From a virus, in the IMG/VR virus record IMGVR_UViG_3300045988_107889, positions 42,257-106,256 of that record: 64,000 nt of DNA. The stretch is one strand, 5' to 3'. Shown piece by piece: positions 1-8,396 of this stretch. The number at the start of each line of letters is the position of its first letter. Within the stretch, counting starts at the first letter, position 1. The position numbers and the translations under genes are program-made. The notes beneath the pieces were generated by a model. That model was not told the origin of the DNA. It saw nothing but the letters and a program-made list of their open reading frames with translations, and did not search any database.

Positions 1-235
1 TCAGAGCCTCAGCTGCTTCGACCCACCGCCCGTCCAGCTCGACTAACCCAAGGTCTTCCGGATCGACGGTTGGGTCAAAAAATTCGCACTGGCTGTCCAG
101 CTCATAATACAAGTATACACTATTTTTTTCTGGGGTAGTGTCGGTTCTCTTATTTTCCTGAAACGAGTTACAGTTGTCGTACCACACGCAGCACTTGCAT
201 AGATTGACGCAGGTGTTGTGTGCGCTGATGTCTAT
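1..235 (-). CDS. hypothetical Cys-rich protein, 3' end beyond window edge
   Basis: Minus-strand frame is open from 241 to position 1 with no stop (..TCVNLCKCCVWYDNCNSFQ..). GGAGGTGA Shine-Dalgarno at 242-235. No ATG/GTG/TTG at normal spacing; ATC at 229-227 is the best-placed codon. Not in the ORF track, presumably because it is truncated. Confidence 0.3.
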   Translation of the reverse strand, partial: MDISAHNTCVNLCKCCVWYDNCNSFQENKRTDTTPEKNSVYLYYELDSQCEFFDPTVDPEDLGLVELDGRWVEAAEAL

Positions 236-331
236 CACCTCCTATCAAGTGGTCAGTTTAGTGTAAGAACTCCTATGTAGTTGCATGAAAACGAGGGAAA
301 TAATCTGTAGGGTATATAGACATATACCCGT

Positions 332-1366
332 TCAGTTTATTCTATTTACGTAGTCTAGTGTCGGGCCTTTTATATGATGATAGGGATACCGTCGGAACGG
401 AGAGCCGAACGGGTCCGGGTAACCCCAGTACAGCTCCAGGCAGATCCGTTTGTACTCTGGCGGGCCGTCGGCGTAGATGACGTTGGGGTTTACCATCATT
501 AGGTAGTCGCTCCCATCTTTGTCAATTCGGCAGAGCTGTTGCTCTACGCCATCGTGCTTAAAAGTGATCCCTAAAAATTTTTCCTTGAGTTTGTCTATAT
601 AGTAGGAAGCCCGGCGCGGCTCGTAACCTAACACCCTGCAGATATCTTGGGCGGCTAAGGGGACAATCTCATCGCTACGTGTTTCATCTGGGTTGTAACA
701 GAGGTAGTTGTGTTCACAATTAAGGTTTGGTGTTAGTCTCAGCACAGCTCCTATGTATTTTAAATTGCCGGTTCCTTTTTTATAAAGCTGGAGGAAGGTG
801 TCTTTTTTAACTTTTCGAACCTTAACATATTGCCACGACCCGCTTGTTGGCTTAGTTCCACGTAGAAAGAAATTATCGTTTATATACCAATGACCAAACC
901 AGTCTGGTCGAAGTATATTTAAGGGAACACATTTTAAAAATAAATTATCTAAACTACTCTTATCAAGCATAGCAATCTCTCCGATCTCGGTTCTAGTAGC
1001 CATCTGAGGAGAGTGCGTGCTACTAGAAAGAATCACATGCCAATGATTATCTTCGGTCTCGGTCGTGTCAAAAGCGTCTAGATCAAAGCTGTCGTCGCTG
1101 TCGCTGCCGTCTATGTCGCTATCGCCATCAGGACTACTATCGCCGCTGTCACCCTTACTGAAATCTATTTCTATCACCGGGATAGTGTGGAGTGACAAAG
1201 CCACAAGCCTGGGCAGGGTATCCAGCCTAACGCCAGCGCAGAAGCCCTGGAGGTCATAAGCGGCGCTAGGAGGAAACACCAAGTTGCTGGACAGTACGTC
1301 CTCGCCATACTGAATATCAGACGTATCACAGCCGGACAGCATTGCTACTATTTTAGTTACTGACAT
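332..1366 (-). CDS. hypothetical DNA-binding/Rep-like protein, paralog A (acidic D/S-rich linker, C-terminal wHTH-like domain)
   Basis: 344-aa ORF whose ATG at 1366 overlaps the stop of the upstream gene. C-terminus aligns with the 1357..2067 product (LCYNP..PLAAQDICRVLG vs LCWNP..PLTFTDVCRVLG). Contains the acidic run SGDSSPDGDSDIDGSDSDDS. Confidence 0.7.
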   Translation of the reverse strand: MSVTKIVAMLSGCDTSDIQYGEDVLSSNLVFPPSAAYDLQGFCAGVRLDTLPRLVALSLHTIPVIEIDFSKGDSGDSSPDGDSDIDGSDSDDSFDLDAFDTTETEDNHWHVILSSSTHSPQMATRTEIGEIAMLDKSSLDNLFLKCVPLNILRPDWFGHWYINDNFFLRGTKPTSGSWQYVKVRKVKKDTFLQLYKKGTGNLKYIGAVLRLTPNLNCEHNYLCYNPDETRSDEIVPLAAQDICRVLGYEPRRASYYIDKLKEKFLGITFKHDGVEQQLCRIDKDGSDYLMMVNPNVIYADGPPEYKRICLELYWGYPDPFGSPFRRYPYHHIKGPTLDYVNRIN

Positions 1367-2067
1367 AGGGGCATCAACTCTTTGAAGTAGACAAGTCCCG
1401 CGTTTATAAAAATGGCATACCGCCCTTCATGATAGTTGTCTACCGTACACAGAGGGTGTGTCGATTGTCCGTCCCGAACCGCCATGCTAGACATATTTTT
1501 TTCAAATCGCTTCCTGTACTTATCAACATTATTGGTGCTTCTGCCCAGCACTCGGCAGACATCCGTAAATGTGAGCGGCGCAATCAAGTCTAGATTTTCT
1601 TCGTACGGATTCCAGCACAACACATGCTCGCTCTTATGTATAAATGGGATCAGTCGAAGTACGGTGCCAATCTCTTTTGCGCTCTTCACGTTGTCCGTAT
1701 ACAGTCTTTGATATTTAGGCACGGACAGTCGTGCGGTTGGGGCGGCGTACCTTTTCTGCCGTGGCAGCCTACCCTTAGCGAACAACCAGTTACTCAAGAT
1801 CAAGCATCCCTGGGCGCTTTCGTCCACCAGACGCGCCCGTTCCATATCGTCTAAAAATTTGTAAAAGGCGTCTTTCCCAATCTGTAAGATATCTTGGGCC
1901 TCACTCTTTGACATTGGGTGCTGCGCTCTCGTGCGGCCAGCCATCACCACACTCCCATCTTGCATCGGGTTCTCTGAATACTGCATGTGCGTCGCCAGCA
2001 TAGCGACCCTAGCTAAGTTTGCCAAAGTGATGTCCGGGCAGAAACATTCCCCGATTTGTTTGGGCAA
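1357..2067 (-). CDS. hypothetical DNA-binding/Rep-like protein, paralog B (minimal TTG-start model; frame stays open to 2265)
   Basis: 236-aa ORF from the track. The same frame continues 66 codons upstream without a stop. AGGAGG at 2274-2269 lies 9 nt before ATA at 2259-2257. See the finding on non-canonical starts. Confidence 0.7.
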   Translation of the reverse strand: MPKQIGECFCPDITLANLARVAMLATHMQYSENPMQDGSVVMAGRTRAQHPMSKSEAQDILQIGKDAFYKFLDDMERARLVDESAQGCLILSNWLFAKGRLPRQKRYAAPTARLSVPKYQRLYTDNVKSAKEIGTVLRLIPFIHKSEHVLCWNPYEENLDLIAPLTFTDVCRVLGRSTNNVDKYRKRFEKNMSSMAVRDGQSTHPLCTVDNYHEGRYAIFINAGLVYFKELMPLCQ

Positions 2068-2313
2068 CCTTAGGAATATGAACTGTTCGTCAGATCGGAC
2101 ACGAGCGTTCGCTCTAAAGACATCAATGCCTCGCTCCTTCTGCCTCTGAACTATTTTGATTTCTTCATCTTGGTGTAGAGGGCGGAAGCCATGCCCGCGT
2201 CTAAAAATACCGAAGGTGTTGTCTGGACCTCGCTCAATTGATTCGTAGCGTTTATCTATAGTGTGCTACCTCCTTATAAAAATTTTGTTGTCGCGGCCTT
2301 GCCGCCTGATTAT

Positions 2314-2342
2314 AATATACAAGTTTTTCTTTCAAACGTCAA
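2314..2342 (-). promoter_or_regulatory. sigma-70-type promoter for the leftward operon
   Basis: Minus strand reads TTGACG (2342-2337), 17 nt, TATATT (2319-2314). Same TTGACGTTTGAAA core as the promoters at 12713 and 40291. Confidence 0.55.
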
Positions 2343-2611
2343 GGGGATAGAGTGGAACTCGTGCGAAATCCAACTCGAAATATTCTGATAAAAAATATAC
2401 TGGGCGACTATGAACAATTGTGAATAAATTATGAACATACATGAACGAATTGTTAACAAATAGATTTTCGGACACACTCTGCTATCTTGTCCGCGATACG
2501 CTACGCCCCTTCCATATCCTTGAAATTCTGCGCTTCTTTAGATGCCTGTGGCCTGAAGCTCAATATTTAATTGTGAACAAACTATTAACAAAATACGTTC
2601 ACTTTAACAGG

Positions 2612-2653
2612 TAGGCGTACTTTGGCAGAAAAATAGGCGTACTTAGACAGAAA
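2612..2653. repeat. two tandem 20-nt direct repeats (iteron-like)
   Basis: TAGGCGTACTTTGGCAGAAA (2612-2631) and TAGGCGTACTTAGACAGAAA (2634-2653). An alternating TA tract follows at 2711-2745. Confidence 0.6.
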
Positions 2654-2775
2654 GAGCGGATTGTGATTTTGTGTTGATATACCAACATTTTTTAGCTGTT
2701 GAGACACTTGTATTATATCTTATATCTATATATACATATATATAGTAATTCTCTCCGTCACACCTCTATCTCTTG

Positions 2776-3722
2776 TAAGGTAGTCCGTGGCGTGTCAGTA
2801 GATCAGCCGTCCTATCTCTTCGCCCCGGCCTGGAGAAGTAGGTAAGTCCGTAGAAGGGAAAAGGAAAGGTACGCCTGCGGCGTAGTCCGTAGAGAGAAAA
2901 GTGAGATGAGCTGTCTTGCTTGTGTGGGTAGTAGTTCTGTAACGCTGGTGGTGGGTAGGGCTGCGCCGGGATGAACGCGAGATGGTAGGGGGCGAAAGAA
3001 TGTAGGTTAGCAGGTAGAAGGAAAAGTGATCCGTAGAGGGAAGAGTGGGTAAGGGCGTGGTGCATGGTGGATGTGGGGAGCGCTATGTTGTTCGCCAGAG
3101 GTGAGCTAGGTTTCGGAAGGTAGCAGACCGTCATATCTCCATCCTGTGTATGGCCGCTGCAGCGGCGGCTTGTTAGGTCGCTGCGCTCCCGAAGATTTTT
3201 TATTTTTAGCCCGTACAAGAAAAATGGAGTAGAAGAACTTTTCCTGTTGGTGGGGACGGCGTAACGGAATGATGGTCAGGCTTCCAGGCCATGACCTTCT
3301 CGCAGGAGAGGTTGGAGCTTTCTACAAAAGAAAGCGTGAGAGCGGCAGGAGTGGGAGATCAGCGAAGAGGGTTGGCAAGACGGAGCCGACGTGGATGGTT
3401 GAGGGGAAGAGCTGTTCTGCGATAGGAGGCGGGACTTGCAACGCTTCGCGTGAGGATTCATTTTTTTAGCCCGTAGAAAGAAATGGGATGAGAAGAGTGC
3501 TGGTTACGGAAGTAACTAGGGGTGGGAAGCCGCATAGCCACGGACTACCTTACGGTATTTCAATTTTTTAAAAGAAACAGCGCAGGATAGTTATTGGGTG
3601 AGAGGTAGAGCGTTTAGGGCCAAGTAGTGCTGGTGGATGGAACACCACCTTTTCTCTCTACGGAAAAAGAGCGGGAGCGATTCCGGGAGCGGAGCGACCT
3701 ACAAGATGCCGCTGCAGCGGCC
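2776..3722. repeat. purine-rich non-coding repeat field with CCGTAGA boxes and long-range inverted repeats
   Basis: YCCGTA(G/C)A(A/G)-purine boxes at 2847, 2886, 3030, 3210 and 3470, plus an inverted copy at 3653. Perfect 16-bp inverted repeat TAAGGTAGTCCGTGGC (2776-2791) / GCCACGGACTACCTTA (3537-3552). ~40-bp inverted pair at 3152-3191 / 3684-3722. ~260-nt direct repeat of GATT..TTTTTAGCCCGTA.A at 3196 and 3455. Confidence 0.6.
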
Positions 3723-3884
3723 TTCCGTAAGAGGGAAACTAGACGGTTGAACTTACCTATCATGTTTTCTTCCACACTACGCAGAGAAAATAGAACGGAA
3801 CGGTCAGGGGTATATACCTACATACCCAACATATTATCTCTCTAATTTTTCGTGGGACTACAGGAAGAAAATAGACCTCAGAAG

Positions 3885-4775
3885 TCAAATGGCGGCGGGG
3901 GTTGAATCAGCAGGTGCTTCGTACAGAGCAGCGAGCTGGTAGTCGTATCCGTTGCCACCCAGGTTCAGGTTGGTGTAGGCTTCGGTCATCTCTTCCTTGG
4001 TGAGGCCGATGTAGCAGAGGGTCTCGTTCATGGAGGAGTGGCCGAACATCTTCTGGAGGAGTACCAGCTTGCGAGGGTCGTTGCCGGACATCATCATCTG
4101 ATGATAGCCGAACGTCTTGCGGAGGGAGTGAGAGGAGAACCGGAAGTCGAAGTTGCAGTGGTCGGCGATATCTTCTAGGATACGATTGACAGATCTTCTG
4201 TTGAGAGGACCAGGCTCGTAAGCACCACGGTTGTTGCTCTCAGACCGGAACACTAGGTCAGACAGACTGACAGAGTAGGGTGCGTGCTCCAGGTAGAGTT
4301 CCACAGCGTCCATGACCGCGTCGTTGATGACAACGTAGCGGTTCTTTTTTCTTTTACGGGTGGAGGCAGTTTTCTTTTCCAGGATCTCAAAGGATTCTTT
4401 AAAGGAGAAGTCCTCGTTTAGGATGTGGGTGAACCGGAGACGCTGCAGGTCACTAATTCGGAGGCCGAAGTTGATGCCCATGACAAGTAGCATATGATCT
4501 CTGTAGCGGTGGTTGTCCAGAAGGTAGGAGCACGCTCTACGGATGTCTTCAACACTCTTGATAGGGTCAGCCGCTCGGTCAGGTGCGGTGATGGCCTCTA
4601 CCGGCTGGTCGCTCTGAGCGGTGATCCGGCTGGCAGCAGATTGCTTGAGTACCCGTGAACGGCTACTGTCGGCAGTCCGTGAGCGGCGGACAGAGTTGAC
4701 GTCGATGGACGCGGGGTTGACAGTTTTGCTGGCGGGGTTGACAGCACTGTTGGGGAAAGAAATTAGGTTGCTCAT
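3885..4775 (-). CDS. int: tyrosine recombinase / integrase (XerC/D-like)
   Basis: Catalytic signature present: GLRISD (Arg), HSLRKT (H-x-x-R), GHSS, LCYIG (Tyr). ATG at 4775 lies 8 nt after AGGAGG (4789-4784); the track start is TTG at 4781. Confidence 0.85.
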   Translation of the reverse strand: MSNLISFPNSAVNPASKTVNPASIDVNSVRRSRTADSSRSRVLKQSAASRITAQSDQPVEAITAPDRAADPIKSVEDIRRACSYLLDNHRYRDHMLLVMGINFGLRISDLQRLRFTHILNEDFSFKESFEILEKKTASTRKRKKNRYVVINDAVMDAVELYLEHAPYSVSLSDLVFRSESNNRGAYEPGPLNRRSVNRILEDIADHCNFDFRFSSHSLRKTFGYHQMMMSGNDPRKLVLLQKMFGHSSMNETLCYIGLTKEEMTEAYTNLNLGGNGYDYQLAALYEAPADSTPAAI

Positions 4776-4825
4776 TGGCAAAACCTCCTTTTAAATTTGA
4801 AATGTTTTCTATTGATTATGTTACT

Positions 4826-4854
4826 ATTATAGCGAAAATGTTTTCAAATGTCAA
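4826..4854 (-). promoter_or_regulatory. sigma-70-type promoter upstream of the integrase
   Basis: Minus strand reads TTGACA (4854-4849), 17 nt, TATAAT (4831-4826). Confidence 0.55.
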
Positions 4855-5270
4855 GATTTTTGGACGGCGAATTCCAAGAAATTTTCCAAAATTTATGAGC
4901 TACTGATTACGTCCCAAAATCAGAGACTGGAGAAACGAAGAGGAAACTTTAACCAAATAAAGTGAAATGAAAAGTTCTGATAATCAATATGTTGCGGATG
5001 GAAGTGGCGAGTTTTGGTGAGAAAAAGTTGTGAAATGGTGGAACAACTAATTCCATATTACATTAAAAAACCGGCTTTAAAATATGGAAATTGCCCCCTC
5101 TACACCCCATAGGCGGGAAATGGGACGTTACTAATAAACGGTGTTAGGTACTATAATAGACTATAGTCTAGAACGGCTAATGGTCATTAGCTTGCCTGGC
5201 ACAAATCAATAATAGGAATAAGTCTCAATAACACATTCTGACCGAAAAAATAAAAAATGCAAAAAAGGGG

Positions 5271-5300
5271 TTGACAAACCATGTCTATGTCTGGTATACT
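5271..5300 (+). promoter_or_regulatory. sigma-70-type promoter
   Basis: TTGACA (5271-5276), 18 nt, TATACT (5295-5300), with TG at 5292-5293. No ORF follows. Confidence 0.55.
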
Positions 5301-5467
5301 CAAAGCACAGTCAAGGGACGGACGCCAAACCGGATGGACGGCGAAAAGTGACAGTCGCCGGTTATGTCCTAACCTGATTGTATGACGTAAACCAGGCCAG
5401 CCCGGCGGCCTTGCTCCATAGGAGCGGAAGCCAGGCAAAAAAATCCCTGAAGAATCACAAAAACCGC

Positions 5468-5496
5468 TTGACAAAAACAAGCCGATGTGATAAGAT
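5468..5496 (+). promoter_or_regulatory. sigma-70-type promoter
   Basis: TTGACA (5468-5473), 17 nt, TAAGAT (5491-5496). The downstream sequence starts ACAGCTCGAA, like ACAGTCAAGG after the first promoter. Confidence 0.45.
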
Positions 5497-6219
5497 AGGG
5501 ACAGCTCGAACGGGGCAACCTGTTTTGAGTGGGGCAAAATGAGACATTACAAAATCCAGGCAACCGGATAGCAATTTGACTTTTGCCAAAAAATCTACCA
5601 CTTGACTAACCATTGAGTGGTACGTGCGGATAGCACGCTATACCGCACGGCGTACCTTGAAAACTCAATGCCAGACATTTCCTTTTCCGGCGTGGGGCGT
5701 TTTACCGTATTTATACGGTAAAACCAATGTAAGTTGGTAGCCCTCCTATGTGTAGTGTACTCCGTATTTATACGGATAATACTATCCATGGCACGATTAA
5801 CCAGATTGGGAGATGGTAAAACGTGGCAAGTGCTAAAGGCGCAAGGGTGCAATAAGGCTGGAAACGGCTGGATATTATAGAGGTATCCTATCCTTTTACA
5901 GGATTTACCACTCTGTCGGACGTCCCCAGGGGATAACTATACCCTGGGGAAGAAAGAGGATAAACCGCTAAAACAATAGCGTGCTGGTTGGCACGCCGTG
6001 ACCTGTTATGCGGGGGCGTTGTGGGATGTACCAGGGTGGCCAGAAGGGGAAAAAGACTAATAATCTGGAAACGTCAGAGAAAGATTATTAGCAAGTACCT
6101 GGAATAAAGTTAGCACAACACCGGATGGCGTGGCTTGTTATGAGTGCAGTGACGGTAACAAGCATAGGTCTATAGTTAAGACCTATCAGACGGTGATAAA
6201 ACTCTTACTGGAAAAATCT

Positions 6220-6284
6220 AGGCCGGGTATGTTTTGTAGTTAGTAGCGAACGTGAACCCTAAAATTCATGCCCGGCCTATTTTT
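6220..6284 (+). terminator. terminator-like stem plus T-run closing the non-coding locus
   Basis: AGGCCGGGTATG (6220-6231) pairs with CATGCCCGGCCT (6267-6278), followed by ATTTTT. Confidence 0.5.
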
Positions 6285-6404
6285 GAAAGAGGATTTGTTT
6301 TTTTTTATTATCAAATAAGAAGTCGTCAAAAGTGAATCAGACCGGCGGAACATCCACCTGTGTAATTTACCTTTGAAAATTACTACATAAAAAGGAGAAT
6401 AACC

Positions 6405-7193
6405 ATGAATAACAATGAATTGTTGAAAAAGTACGAATCCACTACCACCACCGACCTGAACAATCAGGTGAAGTCCGCTGTCGAGAAGGCAAACGCCTAT
6501 GCTAAACAGCCCGAACTGAACCAGGTCGAGCTGTTGAAGCTCCGTGCCGATGCCGTTGCTCTGGCAGATGACTATAACCGTCTGGTAAAGCTCCGCCGTC
6601 TGGGCGAGCTGGCCGCCATGTCCTACGGGGACGCCATCAACGCCATGACGGTAGAGGGCGGGGAAACTTGCCCCAAGATGGAAGTGATTCTCGATGGGGA
6701 GATCATGAACATCACCACGTCCAACGCCACCCGTATCCGCTGGAACGAGTTGTTGAAGGCTGGCCAGTGTCCCGACGGTTACGAAAACCTGGAATCCCTG
6801 GTAAAGGTTTTCACCCACAACTGCCTCACCAACAAATTTGAAAAGGGTCAGTTGGTCGAGCTGCCCCCGCTGGACCCCGCTATCAAAGCGGTCGCTAATG
6901 GTCGTGACAACTGGGACTCTGGCTCTATGAATAAGTTGCAGTGCCAGATCCGGGATCTCATCGGCTGGATGTTCCCGGTGGACGAAGTAGGGGAATACTC
7001 TGCTCCTAGAAAGTCTGATGTACGGTGGTTTTCTGACATCGTTTGCCCTGCGAGTGACCGCGCTGGTGAACCTGCCCACTATGTCCAGCGCAAGGTATCT
7101 ACTTTGTTGGACTCCCTGTTCAGAGTGTTCTATACCCTGAAAGAGGAGAAGGAAGTGGTCGTACGGCCTGCAAAAGCTAGCAAGAACCAGTAA
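6405..7193 (+). CDS. hypothetical protein
   Basis: 262-aa ORF. AAAGGAG lies 8 nt before the ATG. Visibly more GC-rich than its neighbours. The long antisense ORF 6240..7079 is judged spurious. Confidence 0.7.
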   Translation: MNNNELLKKYESTTTTDLNNQVKSAVEKANAYAKQPELNQVELLKLRADAVALADDYNRLVKLRRLGELAAMSYGDAINAMTVEGGETCPKMEVILDGEIMNITTSNATRIRWNELLKAGQCPDGYENLESLVKVFTHNCLTNKFEKGQLVELPPLDPAIKAVANGRDNWDSGSMNKLQCQIRDLIGWMFPVDEVGEYSAPRKSDVRWFSDIVCPASDRAGEPAHYVQRKVSTLLDSLFRVFYTLKEEKEVVVRPAKASKNQ

Positions 7194-7360
7194 GTCGTTC
7201 CGGCGACTATAAACAGGCGTTAGGCCGGGAGCGTTCGCAGGTTAGGGCAAGCCCAACCTGCGAGGTCGCAGGAATAACATAGGTGGATTCTGTCTATGCC
7301 TGCAAAAAAAAAGCTACCCTAGCAGTAGCTTGCTAGGGTAGCGGAAGGGTAGGACGCTGT

Positions 7361-8353
7361 ATGAGTAACCATACATATGTAGTCGGTGAATATACCGACT
7401 ATGGTTATAAAGGTGGTGATGGTTTGTATAACGAAGATATTAAGCGGAATTTTTTGGATACGGAATGCAGTAGCTTGAAAAAGCAAAGAGATATTGCGAA
7501 AGTTTTTTCTTCTATCGCGTCGTTTGAGCAAGAGAATGGTCTAGACATCGCTGAAATGGGCAAGAATTTGAGCGCGCAGGCTCTTGAACGTACTGGAATA
7601 AATGAGTATAGTGGAATTAGGAGTTATATTACTAGGTTAAGAGAGTATGCAAGATGGTGCGAAAAAAACAATATCTTCCCATCAATCCCCGGCGGGATTT
7701 TTGAAGTTTCTCCGGACGATGTGGATATTACAGATTCTCTAAAAGGGGTTTTGTTTAAAGACGAATTTGACTTGCTGGAGTCTATTAGATTAGTCCGTGA
7801 CTTTGATTCTGGCTATCCAGAGGTTGCAGCCTTTTGTCTTTACTGGGTCGGTCTTACAAAAGACGAAGCAGTTTTGCTAAAAGACACTGACGTTGACTTG
7901 GAAAACAAGATCGTTTATGTTCATGACGGTATTGTTGCAGAAGACTTTTCGGATGCCATTTGTGATGTATTAAACCGTTACCGTAATTGCAAATGGTCAA
8001 CCCGGGCGAACGGAACTACACTCATGAGCGTTCGCAAGGATTTGTCTGTTGACACATTTCTTAAAAGGATGTTAACAGATGGTTCTAAAAAATTCGGTAT
8101 GCCTGTAACAAAAACACAAATCACAGCACTATGTCAAGATGTGGTGACGGATTGTTCAGCACTTGGTCTCCCTAGTCGTCATACTTTTCAAAACGTCTGG
8201 CGGTGCGGTGGGTTCAATCGTATGTACAAGCTGGAACAATCCGGCGTGGATGTAATGAACCGCCCCACCATAGAAACGGTTTTTCGTGGAAAAAAGAATT
8301 ACTACGATACACTAAGAATGTATCAATATTATAAAAAGGTCTTTGGTTTATAA
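7361..8353 (+). CDS. hypothetical protein, possibly a degenerate tyrosine-recombinase-like fold
   Basis: 330-aa ORF. YWVGLTKDEAVLLKDTDVDL resembles the Arg-I box but lacks the Arg. LPSRHTFQNV resembles the H-x-x-R-H-T box but lacks the first His. Confidence 0.6.
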   Translation: MSNHTYVVGEYTDYGYKGGDGLYNEDIKRNFLDTECSSLKKQRDIAKVFSSIASFEQENGLDIAEMGKNLSAQALERTGINEYSGIRSYITRLREYARWCEKNNIFPSIPGGIFEVSPDDVDITDSLKGVLFKDEFDLLESIRLVRDFDSGYPEVAAFCLYWVGLTKDEAVLLKDTDVDLENKIVYVHDGIVAEDFSDAICDVLNRYRNCKWSTRANGTTLMSVRKDLSVDTFLKRMLTDGSKKFGMPVTKTQITALCQDVVTDCSALGLPSRHTFQNVWRCGGFNRMYKLEQSGVDVMNRPTIETVFRGKKNYYDTLRMYQYYKKVFGL

Positions 8354-8396
8354 GCCGTCGCATAGCGACGGCTTAATTTATTAGGGAGGGTTACTT

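Larger units (their letters stand above)
5305..6284 (+). ncRNA. large structured non-coding RNA locus (one long or several tandem RNAs), family unknown
   Basis: ~1 kb with no credible ORF. Nested 60-nt hairpin at 5611-5670. Duplicated hairpin CCGTATTTATACGG at 5705-5718 and 5762-5775. Hairpin 5924-5949 (CCCCAGGG/CCCTGGGG). Ends in the stem AGGCCGGGTATG/CATGCCCGGCCT plus a T-run. Confidence 0.5.

Noticed and set aside
2766-3850. The repeat field could be a CRISPR array, or protein-coding (track ORFs 2766..3218, 3269..3469, 3276..3461, 3627..3845).
   Set aside because: The repeats are short, imperfect, irregularly spaced and partly inverted, and no cas genes are present. The ORF translations are low-complexity (P/S/L/Y or G/R/E rich), overlap each other on both strands, and lack SD sites.
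5305-6284. The non-coding locus could be tmRNA, RNase P RNA or a group II intron.
   Set aside because: I could not find the tRNA-like 3' end (GGTTCGA..CCA) with a matching 5' GGGG acceptor, the RNase P GAGGAAAGTCC box, or a domain V-like hairpin. The family is left open pending a covariance-model scan.
6240-7079. 279-aa minus-strand ORF overlapping 6405..7193.
   Set aside because: It is antisense to a better plus-strand ORF that has an SD and a plausible composition. The minus ORF starts inside the terminator of the ncRNA locus and has no SD. This is a typical shadow ORF in GC-richer DNA.
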